NCBI RefSeq assembly: GCF_001677475.2
Contig: NZ_CP015229.1
Length of the DNA stretch: 64,000 nucleotides
DNA from: Escherichia coli
GTDB lineage: Bacteria; Pseudomonadota; Gammaproteobacteria; Enterobacterales; Enterobacteriaceae
Direction: 5' to 3' (one strand)
The notes under the pieces are model-generated. The model was not told the origin of the DNA. It ran no database searches and saw only the letters and a list, made by a program, of their open reading frames with translations. Position numbers and translations under genes: made by a program. Shown piece by piece: positions 43,066-52,800 of the stretch. The number at the start of each line of letters is the position of its first letter. The stretch's first letter is position 1.

Positions 43066-43334
43066 CCGTCAAGCAAACTGTTGAAATCACAAACAAGCTG
43101 GGCATGCATGCCCGGCCTGCAATGAAGCTGTTTGAATTAATGCAGGGTTTTGACGCTGAAGTGCTGTTACGTAATGACGAAGGCACCGAGGCTGAAGCCA
43201 ACAGCGTTATTGCACTGCTGATGCTGGATTCTGCCAAAGGACGGCAGATTGAAGTTGAAGCCACCGGTCCACAGGAAGAGGAAGCACTGGCCGCCGTTAT
43301 CGCCCTCTTTAATTCTGGTTTTGATGAAGATTAA
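43062..43334 (+). CDS. npr: Phosphocarrier protein NPr/PtsO (90 aa)
   Basis: Translation [90 protein letters not shown]. Confidence 0.95.
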
Positions 43335-43479
43335 TCTTCATCACTTTGACATTCAAATCCCTTCAAGCTCCCCCGACAATAAGAAAAGCGCGTACTGAAA
43401 TCGTTCTCAATCAACGTCATTTGTACATTTTGTGCGCTTTTCACTTTCAGAAGAACCTTAAGAAAACCTTAAGAGGCAT

Positions 43480-43496
43480 TGTTTAGGTTTTGTTTA
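43480..43496 (+). promoter_or_regulatory. PhoP box (TGTTTA-N5-TGTTTA direct repeat) with downstream -10-like CATACT, upstream of yrbL
   Basis: Exact TGTTTAggtttTGTTTA at 43480..43496; -10-like hexamer at 43508..43513; yrbL ATG at 43547. Confidence 0.6.
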
Positions 43497-43546
43497 AGTT
43501 AATCGACCATACTGGAGATCGTCAGAAAATATTTCCAGGAGATGGC

Positions 43547-44179
43547 ATGATTCGCTTATCTGAACAAAGTCCCCTGGGCACCGGAAGACATCGGAAATGT
43601 TATGCGCATCCGGAAGATGCCCAACGCTGTATCAAGATTGTCTACCATCGTGGCGATGGTGGCGATAAAGAGATCCGCCGTGAGTTAAAGTATTACGCGC
43701 ATCTTGGTCGCCGGTTAAAAGACTGGAGTGGAATACCGCGCTATCACGGTACCGTTGAGACGGATTGCGGAACCGGTTATGTCTACGATGTGATTGCAGA
43801 TTTTGACGGCAAGCCCTCCATTACGCTGACCGAATTTGCTGAACAATGCCGTTACGAAGAAGACATTGCACAACTGCGCCAGTTACTGAAACAGCTGAAG
43901 CGTTATTTGCAGGATAACCGTATCGTGACGATGTCGCTGAAGCCGCAGAATATCCTCTGTCACCGCATCAGTGAGTCAGAGGTTATCCCCGTCGTCTGCG
44001 ACAACATTGGTGAAAGCACATTGATTCCACTGGCGACCTGGTCGAAGTGGTGTTGTCTGCGTAAGCAAGAGCGGTTATGGAAACGATTTATCGCCCAACC
44101 GGCGCTGGCTATTGCCCTGCAGAAAGATCTGCAACCTCGTGAAAGCAAAACGCTGGCCCTCACTTCGCGCGAAGCTTAA
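43547..44179 (+). CDS. yrbL: PhoP-regulon protein YrbL (210 aa)
   Basis: Translation [60 protein letters not shown]...; the track ORF start (43490) lies inside the PhoP box, so the downstream ATG is preferred. Confidence 0.88.
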   Translation: MIRLSEQSPLGTGRHRKCYAHPEDAQRCIKIVYHRGDGGDKEIRRELKYYAHLGRRLKDWSGIPRYHGTVETDCGTGYVYDVIADFDGKPSITLTEFAEQCRYEEDIAQLRQLLKQLKRYLQDNRIVTMSLKPQNILCHRISESEVIPVVCDNIGESTLIPLATWSKWCCLRKQERLWKRFIAQPALAIALQKDLQPRESKTLALTSREA

Positions 44180-44904
44180 TCCAGCTGGTGTTGTTGCATA
44201 AACGACTCACCGCCTAACTGATACATCTGCCGTAAAATCCACGCCTGACGGCTACGCACGTAGCCCGATGGCGCGGAGACTTTGAAACGAAGTGGATTAG
44301 GTAATACAGCTGCCAGTAATGCAGCTTCCGACCGGGTAAGTTTGCTCGCGGGTTTGTGGAAATAACGTTGTGCCGCAGCTTCGACGCCAAACACACCGTC
44401 GCCAAATTCGGCGATATTCAGGTAAACCGTCAGGATACGCTTTTTGCTCCAGACCGTTTCTATCCCCAGCGTTAATCCGGCTTCTAGCCCTTTTCGAACC
44501 CAGCTACGCCCATCCCATAAAAAGAGATTTTTGGCCGTCTGCTGAGAAATCGTTGATGCACCGCGAATACGGTTTTCATTGCGCTCGTTGTGCGCCAGGG
44601 CTTTCTCAATGGAAGCGACATCAAAGCCCCAGTGCTCAGGAAATTTCTGATCTTCTGCGGCAATCACCGCCAGTCCCATCCACGGCGAGATTTGATCCAT
44701 ACTGACCCAGTCAGAATGTGCCACGTAACGAAAATTGCCATGCAGCCAGGCGCTGACCTGTCGCTCGACCATTACCGCTGAGAAAGGAACAGGCGCAACG
44801 CTAAACAACGCAATGCCCCCGCCCCAGAAAACGGCGAGGACAACCATTAACCGCAGAAGAAAACGGCGAACGAAACTAAACACCGTTAAGCGGCTTTTAC
44901 TCAT
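44176..44904 (-). CDS. mtgA: Monofunctional peptidoglycan glycosyltransferase MtgA (242 aa)
   Basis: Translation [73 protein letters not shown]... Confidence 0.95.
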   Translation of the reverse strand: MSKSRLTVFSFVRRFLLRLMVVLAVFWGGGIALFSVAPVPFSAVMVERQVSAWLHGNFRYVAHSDWVSMDQISPWMGLAVIAAEDQKFPEHWGFDVASIEKALAHNERNENRIRGASTISQQTAKNLFLWDGRSWVRKGLEAGLTLGIETVWSKKRILTVYLNIAEFGDGVFGVEAAAQRYFHKPASKLTRSEAALLAAVLPNPLRFKVSAPSGYVRSRQAWILRQMYQLGGESFMQQHQLD

Positions 44905-45554
44905 TCAGCCAGAACCAGCACGCGGGAAACCAGCTTATCAATGCCGTTCGCCGCTTCCGCAATGTTCTGTGCCAACATATAAGCTGGTGTAGTGACAATC
45001 TTATTGTCTTCATCAACCACGATATCATCGACAGGACATGGCACATGCTCCGCGCCCATCTCTTCCAGCACTTCTGCGGTATCGATATCAGTACCGATGG
45101 TCAAACGCAGCGGGAAATCGAAAATTTTCGGCAGCATCGCCGGGGCAATACACACAAAACCAAGCGGTTTTCCGGCCTGATGCATCGCTTGTGCCAGCGC
45201 CTTTAATTCACGGTCAACGGTGCATTCGCTACCAAGACTGGCAAAATTGCTTAAATTCTTCGCCGCGCCAAACCCCCCCGGCACAATCAACGCATCCAGT
45301 TCAGCGGCATCGGCCTGGGCCAGAGGACGGATTTCACCGCGCGTTATTCGTGCCGCTTCAATCAGCACATTGCGCGTTTCCGTCATCGCTTCGCCAGTTA
45401 AATGGTTGATAACATCAACCTGCTGCTTATCCGGTGCAAAGCAGACCGCCTGCGCACCGCTGCGTGAAATAGCTAACAACGTCAACACCGCTTCATGAAT
45501 TTCAGAACCGTCATAGACGCCGCATCCGCTCAGAATTACGCCAATTTTCTTCAT
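44901..45554 (-). CDS. elbB: DJ-1/PfpI-family glyoxalase ElbB/YhbL (217 aa)
   Basis: Translation [64 protein letters not shown]...; overlaps the mtgA start by 4 nt. Confidence 0.92.
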   Translation of the reverse strand: MKKIGVILSGCGVYDGSEIHEAVLTLLAISRSGAQAVCFAPDKQQVDVINHLTGEAMTETRNVLIEAARITRGEIRPLAQADAAELDALIVPGGFGAAKNLSNFASLGSECTVDRELKALAQAMHQAGKPLGFVCIAPAMLPKIFDFPLRLTIGTDIDTAEVLEEMGAEHVPCPVDDIVVDEDNKIVTTPAYMLAQNIAEAANGIDKLVSRVLVLAE

Positions 45555-45671
45555 TGTGATCATCCTTTCGCAATTGACTGAAACACATTAATTTTTTTAA
45601 TAAAAATGCTACGCATCACACATTTAACTGATTCATGTAACAAATCATTTAAGTTTTGCTATCTTAACTGC

Positions 45672-45792
45672 GTGCGGCCTGAAAAACAGTGCTGTGCCCT
45701 TGTAACTCATCATAATAATTTACGGCGCAGCCAAGATTTCCCTGGTGTTGGCGCAGTATTCGCGCACCCCGGTCTAGCCGGGGTCATTTTTT
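45672..45792 (+). ncRNA. arcZ: ArcZ (SraH/RyhA) Hfq-dependent small RNA, about 121 nt
   Basis: GTGCGGCCTGAAAAACAGTGCTGTGCCCTTGTAACTCATCATAATAATTTACGGCGCAGCCAAGATTTCCCTGGTGTTGGCGCAGTATTCGCGCACCCCGGTCTAGCCGGGGTCATTTTTT matches my recollection of ArcZ; 3' terminator hairpin plus U-run overlaps the arcB stop codon. Confidence 0.85.
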
Positions 45793-48120
45793 AGTGGCTT
45801 TTGCCACCCACGCTTTCAGTACTTCTACGTCGTGACGCCACTCTTCTTTCATCTCTTCAATCCATTCACCGACGTTATCTTCCCAGGCGGGAAGGTCAGG
45901 AGACTGAATTTGCTGACCCAGCTGTTGCAGATGGCGTAACCCCACTGACCCCGCCGCACCTTTAATTTTATGTCCTTCCTCAACAATGCCTTTTTTATCC
46001 TGCGCCGTCAGATTCGACTCCAGCACGCTGACATAGCCCGGCATCATCTTCTCAAACACCGCTAACCCGTCGGTGATCAGCTTCGGTCCTACAAGTTCGA
46101 GATACTGTTCCAGCATGGGAATATCGAGCAATGCTTCTGATTTACTGTTCTCTTCTGTCGTCACCGTACTCTCCTCATCATCCTGGGTATCCCAGAATTT
46201 CTTGATCATCGCGGTTAGCGCCGGAACAGAAAGCGGCTTACTCAGCACATCATCCATTCCAGCATTGAGGTACTCTTGTTTGTCTTTCAACACGTTAGCG
46301 GTTAAGGCCACCAGCGGCGGTAAATCCTCGCGCGGATAACGCTTCGTCAGTTCACGAGAGATATCCAGCCCGGTCATATCTGGCAACTGAATATCCAGCA
46401 ACACCAGGTCGTATTCGCCCGGTTTAAACATTTCCAGCGCCGCCTTGCCGGTCATGGCGACATCAACGCTGTTACCTAATTTTTCCAGCACAGAGCGTGC
46501 GACAATCACGTTCAGTTCAATATCTTCCACCAGCAGCACATTCAGCGCCGGTAAAGGCATATCGTCTTCATCAAACGCATCATCAACCTCTTCTGCTACC
46601 GACGGTGCGTGGATCGTCAACGTAAAGGTTGAACCTTTGCCCTGTTCGCTGGTAACCGTAATATCGCCGCCCATATTTTTCGCCAGACGACGAGAAACGG
46701 CCAGACCAATACCGGTGCCGGTGGCAGGTTTACCGCCATGACTGTCTTTCACTTGGTAATACATGGCGAAGATTTTATCCAGCTCATCTTGCGGAATGCC
46801 GATACCAGAGTCTTCCACTTCAAAATGCAGCATATCGCCTTCATCGTAGCGCACGCGCACGGTAACCTGGCCTTGCTGGGTGAATTTGACGGCGTTACTG
46901 ATGAGATTCCACAGGATCTGCCGTAAACGCGTCCCGTCGGTAATGACCTGATGCGGTAATGGCAGCGTCGGCTCCAGATTAAAGCGCAATCCTTTCTGTT
47001 GCGCCTGCAATGCGGAGAGATTTTCCAGATCGGCAAGGAAGCTGGTGAAATCAACCGGCTGATTATCAAGCTGGACCTTGCGCCGTTCCATCTTATCCAT
47101 GTCGATAATATCGTTGAAGATATTCCCCAGCGTGACGGCCGAAACATGGATGGTTTTGAGATATTTTTCCTGCTCGGCGGTGAGTTCGGTATCCAGTAGG
47201 ATGCGGCTCAGGCCGACGATACCGTTCAGCGGTGTACGCAATTCGTGACTGATGGTGGAGATAAACGTCGTTTTGTCGCGGCTGGCCCGTTCAAGCGCAT
47301 CCTGATACCGCTTACGCTCGGTAATGTCGCGACCAAAGCCCATCAAACCGTGACGTTTACCCACGCGGTCGTAGTACGGCACTTTACGAATTTCAAAGCA
47401 GGCTTTGCGTCCGTCGGGATAATCCAGCCACTGCTCATAGGTCAGTGACACATTATGACGGAACACTTTTTCATCGGTTTCAATGACTTTCGCAGCGGCT
47501 TCCGGTGAGTAAACATCAGCAGGTTTCAGATGAACCAGTTGTTTTTCGCTTTTTCCGGTCAGCAGCTCCATCGCGCGGTTACAGCCGGAAAACTCTTTAT
47601 CTTCGTTACGATAAAAAACCAGGTCGGGTGAAGCATCAAGGAAGGAACGTAAGAATGAGGATTGCTGCTCGAGCTGAATTTGTGTCTCTTCGCGCTCTTT
47701 GATTTCAATTTTCAGTTGGCCGAAGGTTTCCTGCAGTTCTGCTTCCGCTTTTTCACGAACGGCAATTTCCTGATTTAGCTGGGCAATATTATCTTTTAAC
47801 TGAACGTTGAGGCTCAAATCGCGCTCGCGCATCTCCTCCAGTTTTTGCACCAGCCGTGACAGACGTTGTCGTGACTCCTCCAGTTGCTCGACGACCACCG
47901 ATAGAAAGTAGACCGCCCACGGCGTAATCAGCAAACCAAAGAAGATAGAACGAATAACATCAATGCTTTCGACCTGACCATGCAGCACCATGGTTACCGC
48001 CATTTGTACCACAATGGCAAGAACGACGAGGGCCAGCGCCAGCAACATTGAGAAGCGCACCAGACCTAACTTCATCATCAGGTCAACATAATACTGCGCC
48101 AGCAGACGAATTTGCTTCAT
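45784..48120 (-). CDS. arcB: Aerobic respiration control sensor kinase ArcB (778 aa)
   Basis: Translation MKQIRLLAQYYVDLMMKLGLVRFSMLLALALVVLAIVVQMAVTMVLHGQVESIDVIRSIFFGLL... with PAS, HisKA (SHELRTPLN), receiver and Hpt domains. Confidence 0.97.
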   Translation of the reverse strand: MKQIRLLAQYYVDLMMKLGLVRFSMLLALALVVLAIVVQMAVTMVLHGQVESIDVIRSIFFGLLITPWAVYFLSVVVEQLEESRQRLSRLVQKLEEMRERDLSLNVQLKDNIAQLNQEIAVREKAEAELQETFGQLKIEIKEREETQIQLEQQSSFLRSFLDASPDLVFYRNEDKEFSGCNRAMELLTGKSEKQLVHLKPADVYSPEAAAKVIETDEKVFRHNVSLTYEQWLDYPDGRKACFEIRKVPYYDRVGKRHGLMGFGRDITERKRYQDALERASRDKTTFISTISHELRTPLNGIVGLSRILLDTELTAEQEKYLKTIHVSAVTLGNIFNDIIDMDKMERRKVQLDNQPVDFTSFLADLENLSALQAQQKGLRFNLEPTLPLPHQVITDGTRLRQILWNLISNAVKFTQQGQVTVRVRYDEGDMLHFEVEDSGIGIPQDELDKIFAMYYQVKDSHGGKPATGTGIGLAVSRRLAKNMGGDITVTSEQGKGSTFTLTIHAPSVAEEVDDAFDEDDMPLPALNVLLVEDIELNVIVARSVLEKLGNSVDVAMTGKAALEMFKPGEYDLVLLDIQLPDMTGLDISRELTKRYPREDLPPLVALTANVLKDKQEYLNAGMDDVLSKPLSVPALTAMIKKFWDTQDDEESTVTTEENSKSEALLDIPMLEQYLELVGPKLITDGLAVFEKMMPGYVSVLESNLTAQDKKGIVEEGHKIKGAAGSVGLRHLQQLGQQIQSPDLPAWEDNVGEWIEEMKEEWRHDVEVLKAWVAKATKK

Positions 48121-48215
48121 TAGGGAATTCCTTCACGACAACCTGCCCCAATAATACCCAATTCTGACAGTTACGTTATAAATTGTGTGAGAAATGCGGA
48201 ATTCCCCTCAACGAC

Positions 48216-49145
48216 CTACTCCGTTGGAGGTAGCCACGGACGTCCCAGCGCCGATCCCTGTACGCCATGTTCATTCAGATAGCGATCCAGCTCGACCATT
48301 CCCGTCCATCGATTTTCGCACCACAGAGGAGCAAGCAGCGTCGGGCGACGGGCGCTGGCGGAAATGCGGTGGTAGATCACTTCCGGTGGCGTATGGCGAA
48401 TCATTTCTCCGGCAGTGAGCGTGTAATCCTCCAGTTCAATACCGTTCAAACGCCCCGCTTCCCAGGCTTTCGCCATAATGCTGCCTTTCACAATATGCAG
48501 CGGATGCAGCTTTATGCCGTCCACGCCGGTTTCAACCACTCGCTCCAGCGTTTGTAAACATTCAGCCTGCCCTTCGCCAGGCAGGCCGACAATTAAGTGG
48601 GAACACACCTTCAGCCCGCGCTGACGTGCCAGCTGGGTTGTACGCTGATAACAGGCAAAATCATGGCCGCGGTTGATGCGATGCAGTGTTTTGTCGTGGG
48701 CGGTTTGTAGCCCCAGCTCCAGCCACACTTCGTAACCCTGGTCCTTATATTCGCAAAGCAGATCCAGCACCGCATCCGGCACGCAGTCCGGGCGGGTACC
48801 AACACACAAACCGACAATATTGGCCTGGCTCACCGCCTGCTGATACATAGAACGCAGCACCTGAACTTCCGCAAAGGTGCTGGTATACGCCTGAAAGTAG
48901 GCCAGATAGCGTTTAGCGCGGTTAACTAAATTCGCCTGGTGCGCCAGTTGCTCGGCAATGGAACGATGCTGCTGCGCTTCATCGGCAAACGAGGCCACAT
49001 TACAGAATGTGCAGCCACCACGCCCGATGGTACCGTCACGGTTAGGGCAGCTAAAACCGCCGTGCAGCGTCAGCTTATGCACCTTTTGCCCATAACGACG
49101 GGTGAGATCACCACCAAACATATTGACTAATTTCTGTAACTGCAT
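48216..49145 (-). CDS. yhcC: Radical-SAM family protein YhcC (309 aa)
   Basis: Translation MQLQKLVNMFGGDLTRRYGQKVHKLTLHGGFSCPNRDGTIGRGGCTFCNVASF... (CxxxCxxC-like Cys cluster). Track ORF starts at an upstream TTG. Confidence 0.9.
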   Translation of the reverse strand: MQLQKLVNMFGGDLTRRYGQKVHKLTLHGGFSCPNRDGTIGRGGCTFCNVASFADEAQQHRSIAEQLAHQANLVNRAKRYLAYFQAYTSTFAEVQVLRSMYQQAVSQANIVGLCVGTRPDCVPDAVLDLLCEYKDQGYEVWLELGLQTAHDKTLHRINRGHDFACYQRTTQLARQRGLKVCSHLIVGLPGEGQAECLQTLERVVETGVDGIKLHPLHIVKGSIMAKAWEAGRLNGIELEDYTLTAGEMIRHTPPEVIYHRISASARRPTLLAPLWCENRWTGMVELDRYLNEHGVQGSALGRPWLPPTE

Positions 49146-49819
49146 AATCTGATAGACCGCGCCTTGAAAAGAGGCCAAAGCCTGCCATTTTTAGCTCAAT
49201 TCGGCGATGACCTGGATCAATCGTCCCGGCCTGCTTTTATCAACTGCATAATCAATCAAAATTACCGAAATTTCATGCATAATCACATAAATCACTTTTG
49301 CTTATCTTGTGTCAGATTTTTTTATCTCCTTATGGATTTTAGGCAAAAACAGTAGCATGAAACGTCATTACCAATTAAGGCAGTATAAAATGCTGGCTTT
49401 CTCGTCAGTTCAAGGCAGGATAAGGGTTAACACGCCTTTATGACAGTCAGGAATTGGCTGTTTCTCTAACGACGCCCCTTTTAGCCTTAATTAGAAAATC
49501 TATTTTAATTTCAGTCAATTAATAAAGAATTTTGCGCTAAAGCACATTTCTGTACCAATAAGCTTGCCATTTGACCTGTATCAGCTTTCCCGATAAGTTG
49601 GAAATCCGCTGGAAGCTTTCTGGATGAGCAGCCTGCTCATCATATTTATGCAGTAATTGAGATCCCCTCTTCACCGTATTAACCGATGCGAAAAGGACAA
49701 CAAGGGGGCGAATGCGAGGCGCGCGTATGACACGCAAACCCCGTCGCCATGCTCTTTCTGTGCCCGTGCGCAGCGGTTCGGAAGTGGGGTTCCCGCAGAG
49801 CCTGGGGGAGGTTCACGAT

Positions 49820-52800
49820 ATGTTGTACGATAAATCCCTTGAGAGGGATAACTGTGGTTTCGGCCTGATCGCCCACATAGAAGGCGAACCTAGCCACAAG
49901 GTAGTGCGTACTGCAATACACGCACTGGCCCGCATGCAGCACCGTGGCGCGATTCTCGCCGATGGTAAAACCGGTGACGGTTGCGGCTTGCTGTTACAAA
50001 AACCGGATCGCTTTTTTCGCATCGTTGCGCAGGAGCGCGGCTGGCGTTTAGCGAAAAACTACGCCGTCGGGATGCTATTCCTGAATAAAGATCCTGAACT
50101 CGCCGCTGCCGCACGCCGCATCGTTGAAGAAGAGCTGCAACGCGAAACCTTGTCGATTGTGGGCTGGCGTGATGTCCCCACTAACGAAGGCGTGTTGGGT
50201 GAAATCGCCCTCTCCTCTCTGCCACGCATTGAGCAAATTTTTGTGAACGCCCCGGCAGGCTGGCGTCCGCGCGATATGGAGCGCCGTCTGTTTATCGCCC
50301 GCCGCCGCATTGAAAAGCGTCTCGAAGCCGACAAAGACTTCTACGTCTGTAGCCTGTCGAATCTGGTGAACATCTATAAAGGTCTGTGTATGCCGGCGGA
50401 TCTGCCGCGCTTTTATCTGGATCTTGCGGACCTGCGTCTGGAATCGGCCATTTGCTTGTTCCACCAGCGCTTCTCCACGAACACCGTACCGCGCTGGCCG
50501 CTGGCGCAGCCGTTCCGCTATCTGGCGCATAACGGTGAAATCAACACCATCACCGGTAACCGCCAATGGGCGCGTGCGCGTACCTATAAATTCCAGACGC
50601 CGCTTATCCCTGATCTGCACGACGCCGCACCGTTCGTCAACGAAACCGGCTCTGACTCCAGTTCGATGGATAACATGCTGGAACTGCTGCTGGCAGGCGG
50701 GATGGATATCATCCGCGCCATGCGCCTATTAGTACCACCCGCCTGGCAGAACAACCCGGATATGGACCCGGAACTGCGTGCCTTCTTTGACTTTAACTCC
50801 ATGCATATGGAGCCGTGGGATGGCCCGGCGGGCATCGTGATGTCCGATGGTCGTTTTGCCGCCTGTAACCTCGACCGTAACGGTCTGCGTCCGGCGCGCT
50901 ACGTCATCACCAAAGATAAGCTCATCACCTGCGCCTCTGAAGTCGGTATCTGGGATTATCAGCCTGACGAAGTGGTCGAAAAAGGCCGCGTCGGGCCAGG
51001 CGAACTGATGGTTATCGACACCCGCAGTGGGCGTATTCTGCACTCGGCAGAAACCGATGACGATCTGAAAAGCCGCCACCCTTATAAAGAGTGGATGGAG
51101 AAAAACGTCCGCCGCCTGGTACCGTTTGAAGATCTGCCCGATGAAGAAGTGGGTAGCCGCGAACTGGACGACGACACGCTTGCCAGCTACCAGAAACAGT
51201 TTAACTACAGCGCGGAAGAGCTGGACTCCGTAATTCGCGTACTGGGCGAAAACGGTCAGGAAGCGGTCGGATCGATGGGCGATGATACCCCATTCGCCGT
51301 GCTCTCCAGTCAGCCGCGCATTATTTACGACTACTTCCGCCAGCAGTTTGCTCAGGTGACTAACCCGCCAATCGACCCGCTGCGTGAAGCGCATGTTATG
51401 TCGCTCGCCACCAGCATTGGTCGTGAAATGAACGTCTTCTGTGAAGCAGAGGGCCAGGCGCACCGTTTAAGCTTTAAATCGCCGATTCTGCTCTACTCCG
51501 ATTTCAAACAGCTCACGACGATGAAAGAGGAGCACTACCGCGCAGATACGCTGGATATCACCTTTGACGTCACTAAAACCACGCTCGAAGCGACAGTCAA
51601 AGAGCTGTGCGACAAAGCCGAAAAAATGGTACGTAGCGGCACCGTGTTGCTGGTGCTCTCCGACCGGAATATCGCTAAAGATCGCCTGCCGGTTCCGGCT
51701 CCGATGGCGGTTGGCGCGATCCAGACCCGTCTGGTCGATCAAAGCCTGCGCTGCGATGCCAACATCATCGTCGAAACCGCCAGCGCCCGCGATCCGCACC
51801 ATTTCGCCGTGTTGCTGGGCTTCGGTGCGACGGCTATTTATCCGTACCTTGCCTATGAAACGCTGGGCCGTCTGGTAGACACCCACGCGATTGCCAAAGA
51901 TTATCGTACCGTGATGTTGAACTACCGTAACGGCATCAACAAAGGCTTGTACAAAATCATGTCCAAAATGGGCATCTCCACCATCGCCTCTTACCGCTGC
52001 TCGAAACTGTTTGAAGCGGTCGGTCTGCACGATGATGTAGTGGGCCTGTGCTTCCAGGGAGCGGTCAGTCGCATTGGTGGGGCGAGCTTTGAAGACTTCC
52101 AGCAGGATCTGCTGAATCTCTCGAAACGTGCCTGGCTGGCGCGTAAGCCCATCAGCCAGGGCGGCCTGCTGAAATATGTGCACGGCGGCGAATACCACGC
52201 CTACAACCCGGACGTGGTGCGCACGCTGCAACAGGCGGTACAGAGCGGCGAGTATAGCGACTATCAGGAATACGCGAAGCTGGTTAATGAGCGTCCGGCA
52301 ACCACGCTACGCGATCTGCTGGCAATTACGCCGGGTGAAAACGCGGTCAACATTGCTGATGTTGAACCGGCAAGCGAACTGTTTAAACGCTTCGATACCG
52401 CTGCGATGTCTATCGGCGCGTTAAGCCCGGAAGCCCACGAGGCGCTGGCTGAAGCGATGAACAGCATCGGCGGTAACTCGAACTCCGGTGAAGGCGGTGA
52501 AGACCCGGCGCGCTACGGCACTAACAAAGTGTCGCGCATCAAGCAGGTGGCGTCAGGTCGCTTCGGTGTTACTCCGGCGTACCTGGTCAATGCTGACGTC
52601 ATTCAGATTAAAGTCGCCCAGGGCGCGAAGCCGGGCGAAGGCGGTCAGTTGCCAGGTGATAAAGTCACGCCTTACATCGCCAAACTGCGCTATTCGGTGC
52701 CGGGCGTGACGCTGATCTCCCCGCCGCCGCACCATGATATCTACTCTATCGAGGACTTAGCGCAGCTTATTTTCGACCTCAAGCAGGTTAACCCGAAAGC

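Noticed and set aside
48121-48215. Direct ggaattcc repeats flanking the arcB-yhcC spacer
   Set aside because: Short (8 bp), self-palindromic and likely coincidental; no associated structure.
49164-49737. Small ORFs (63 and 66 aa) in the 640-bp yhcC-gltB spacer
   Set aside because: AT-rich regulatory region upstream of gltB; the ORFs lack Shine-Dalgarno context and recognisable features. More likely promoter and regulator-binding DNA.
49712-49819. Upstream extension of gltB in the track (MRGARMTRKPRR...)
   Set aside because: The longest-ORF call starts upstream of the start I recall; I annotate from MLYDK (49820) but note that in-frame upstream starts exist and the N-terminal propeptide is removed anyway.
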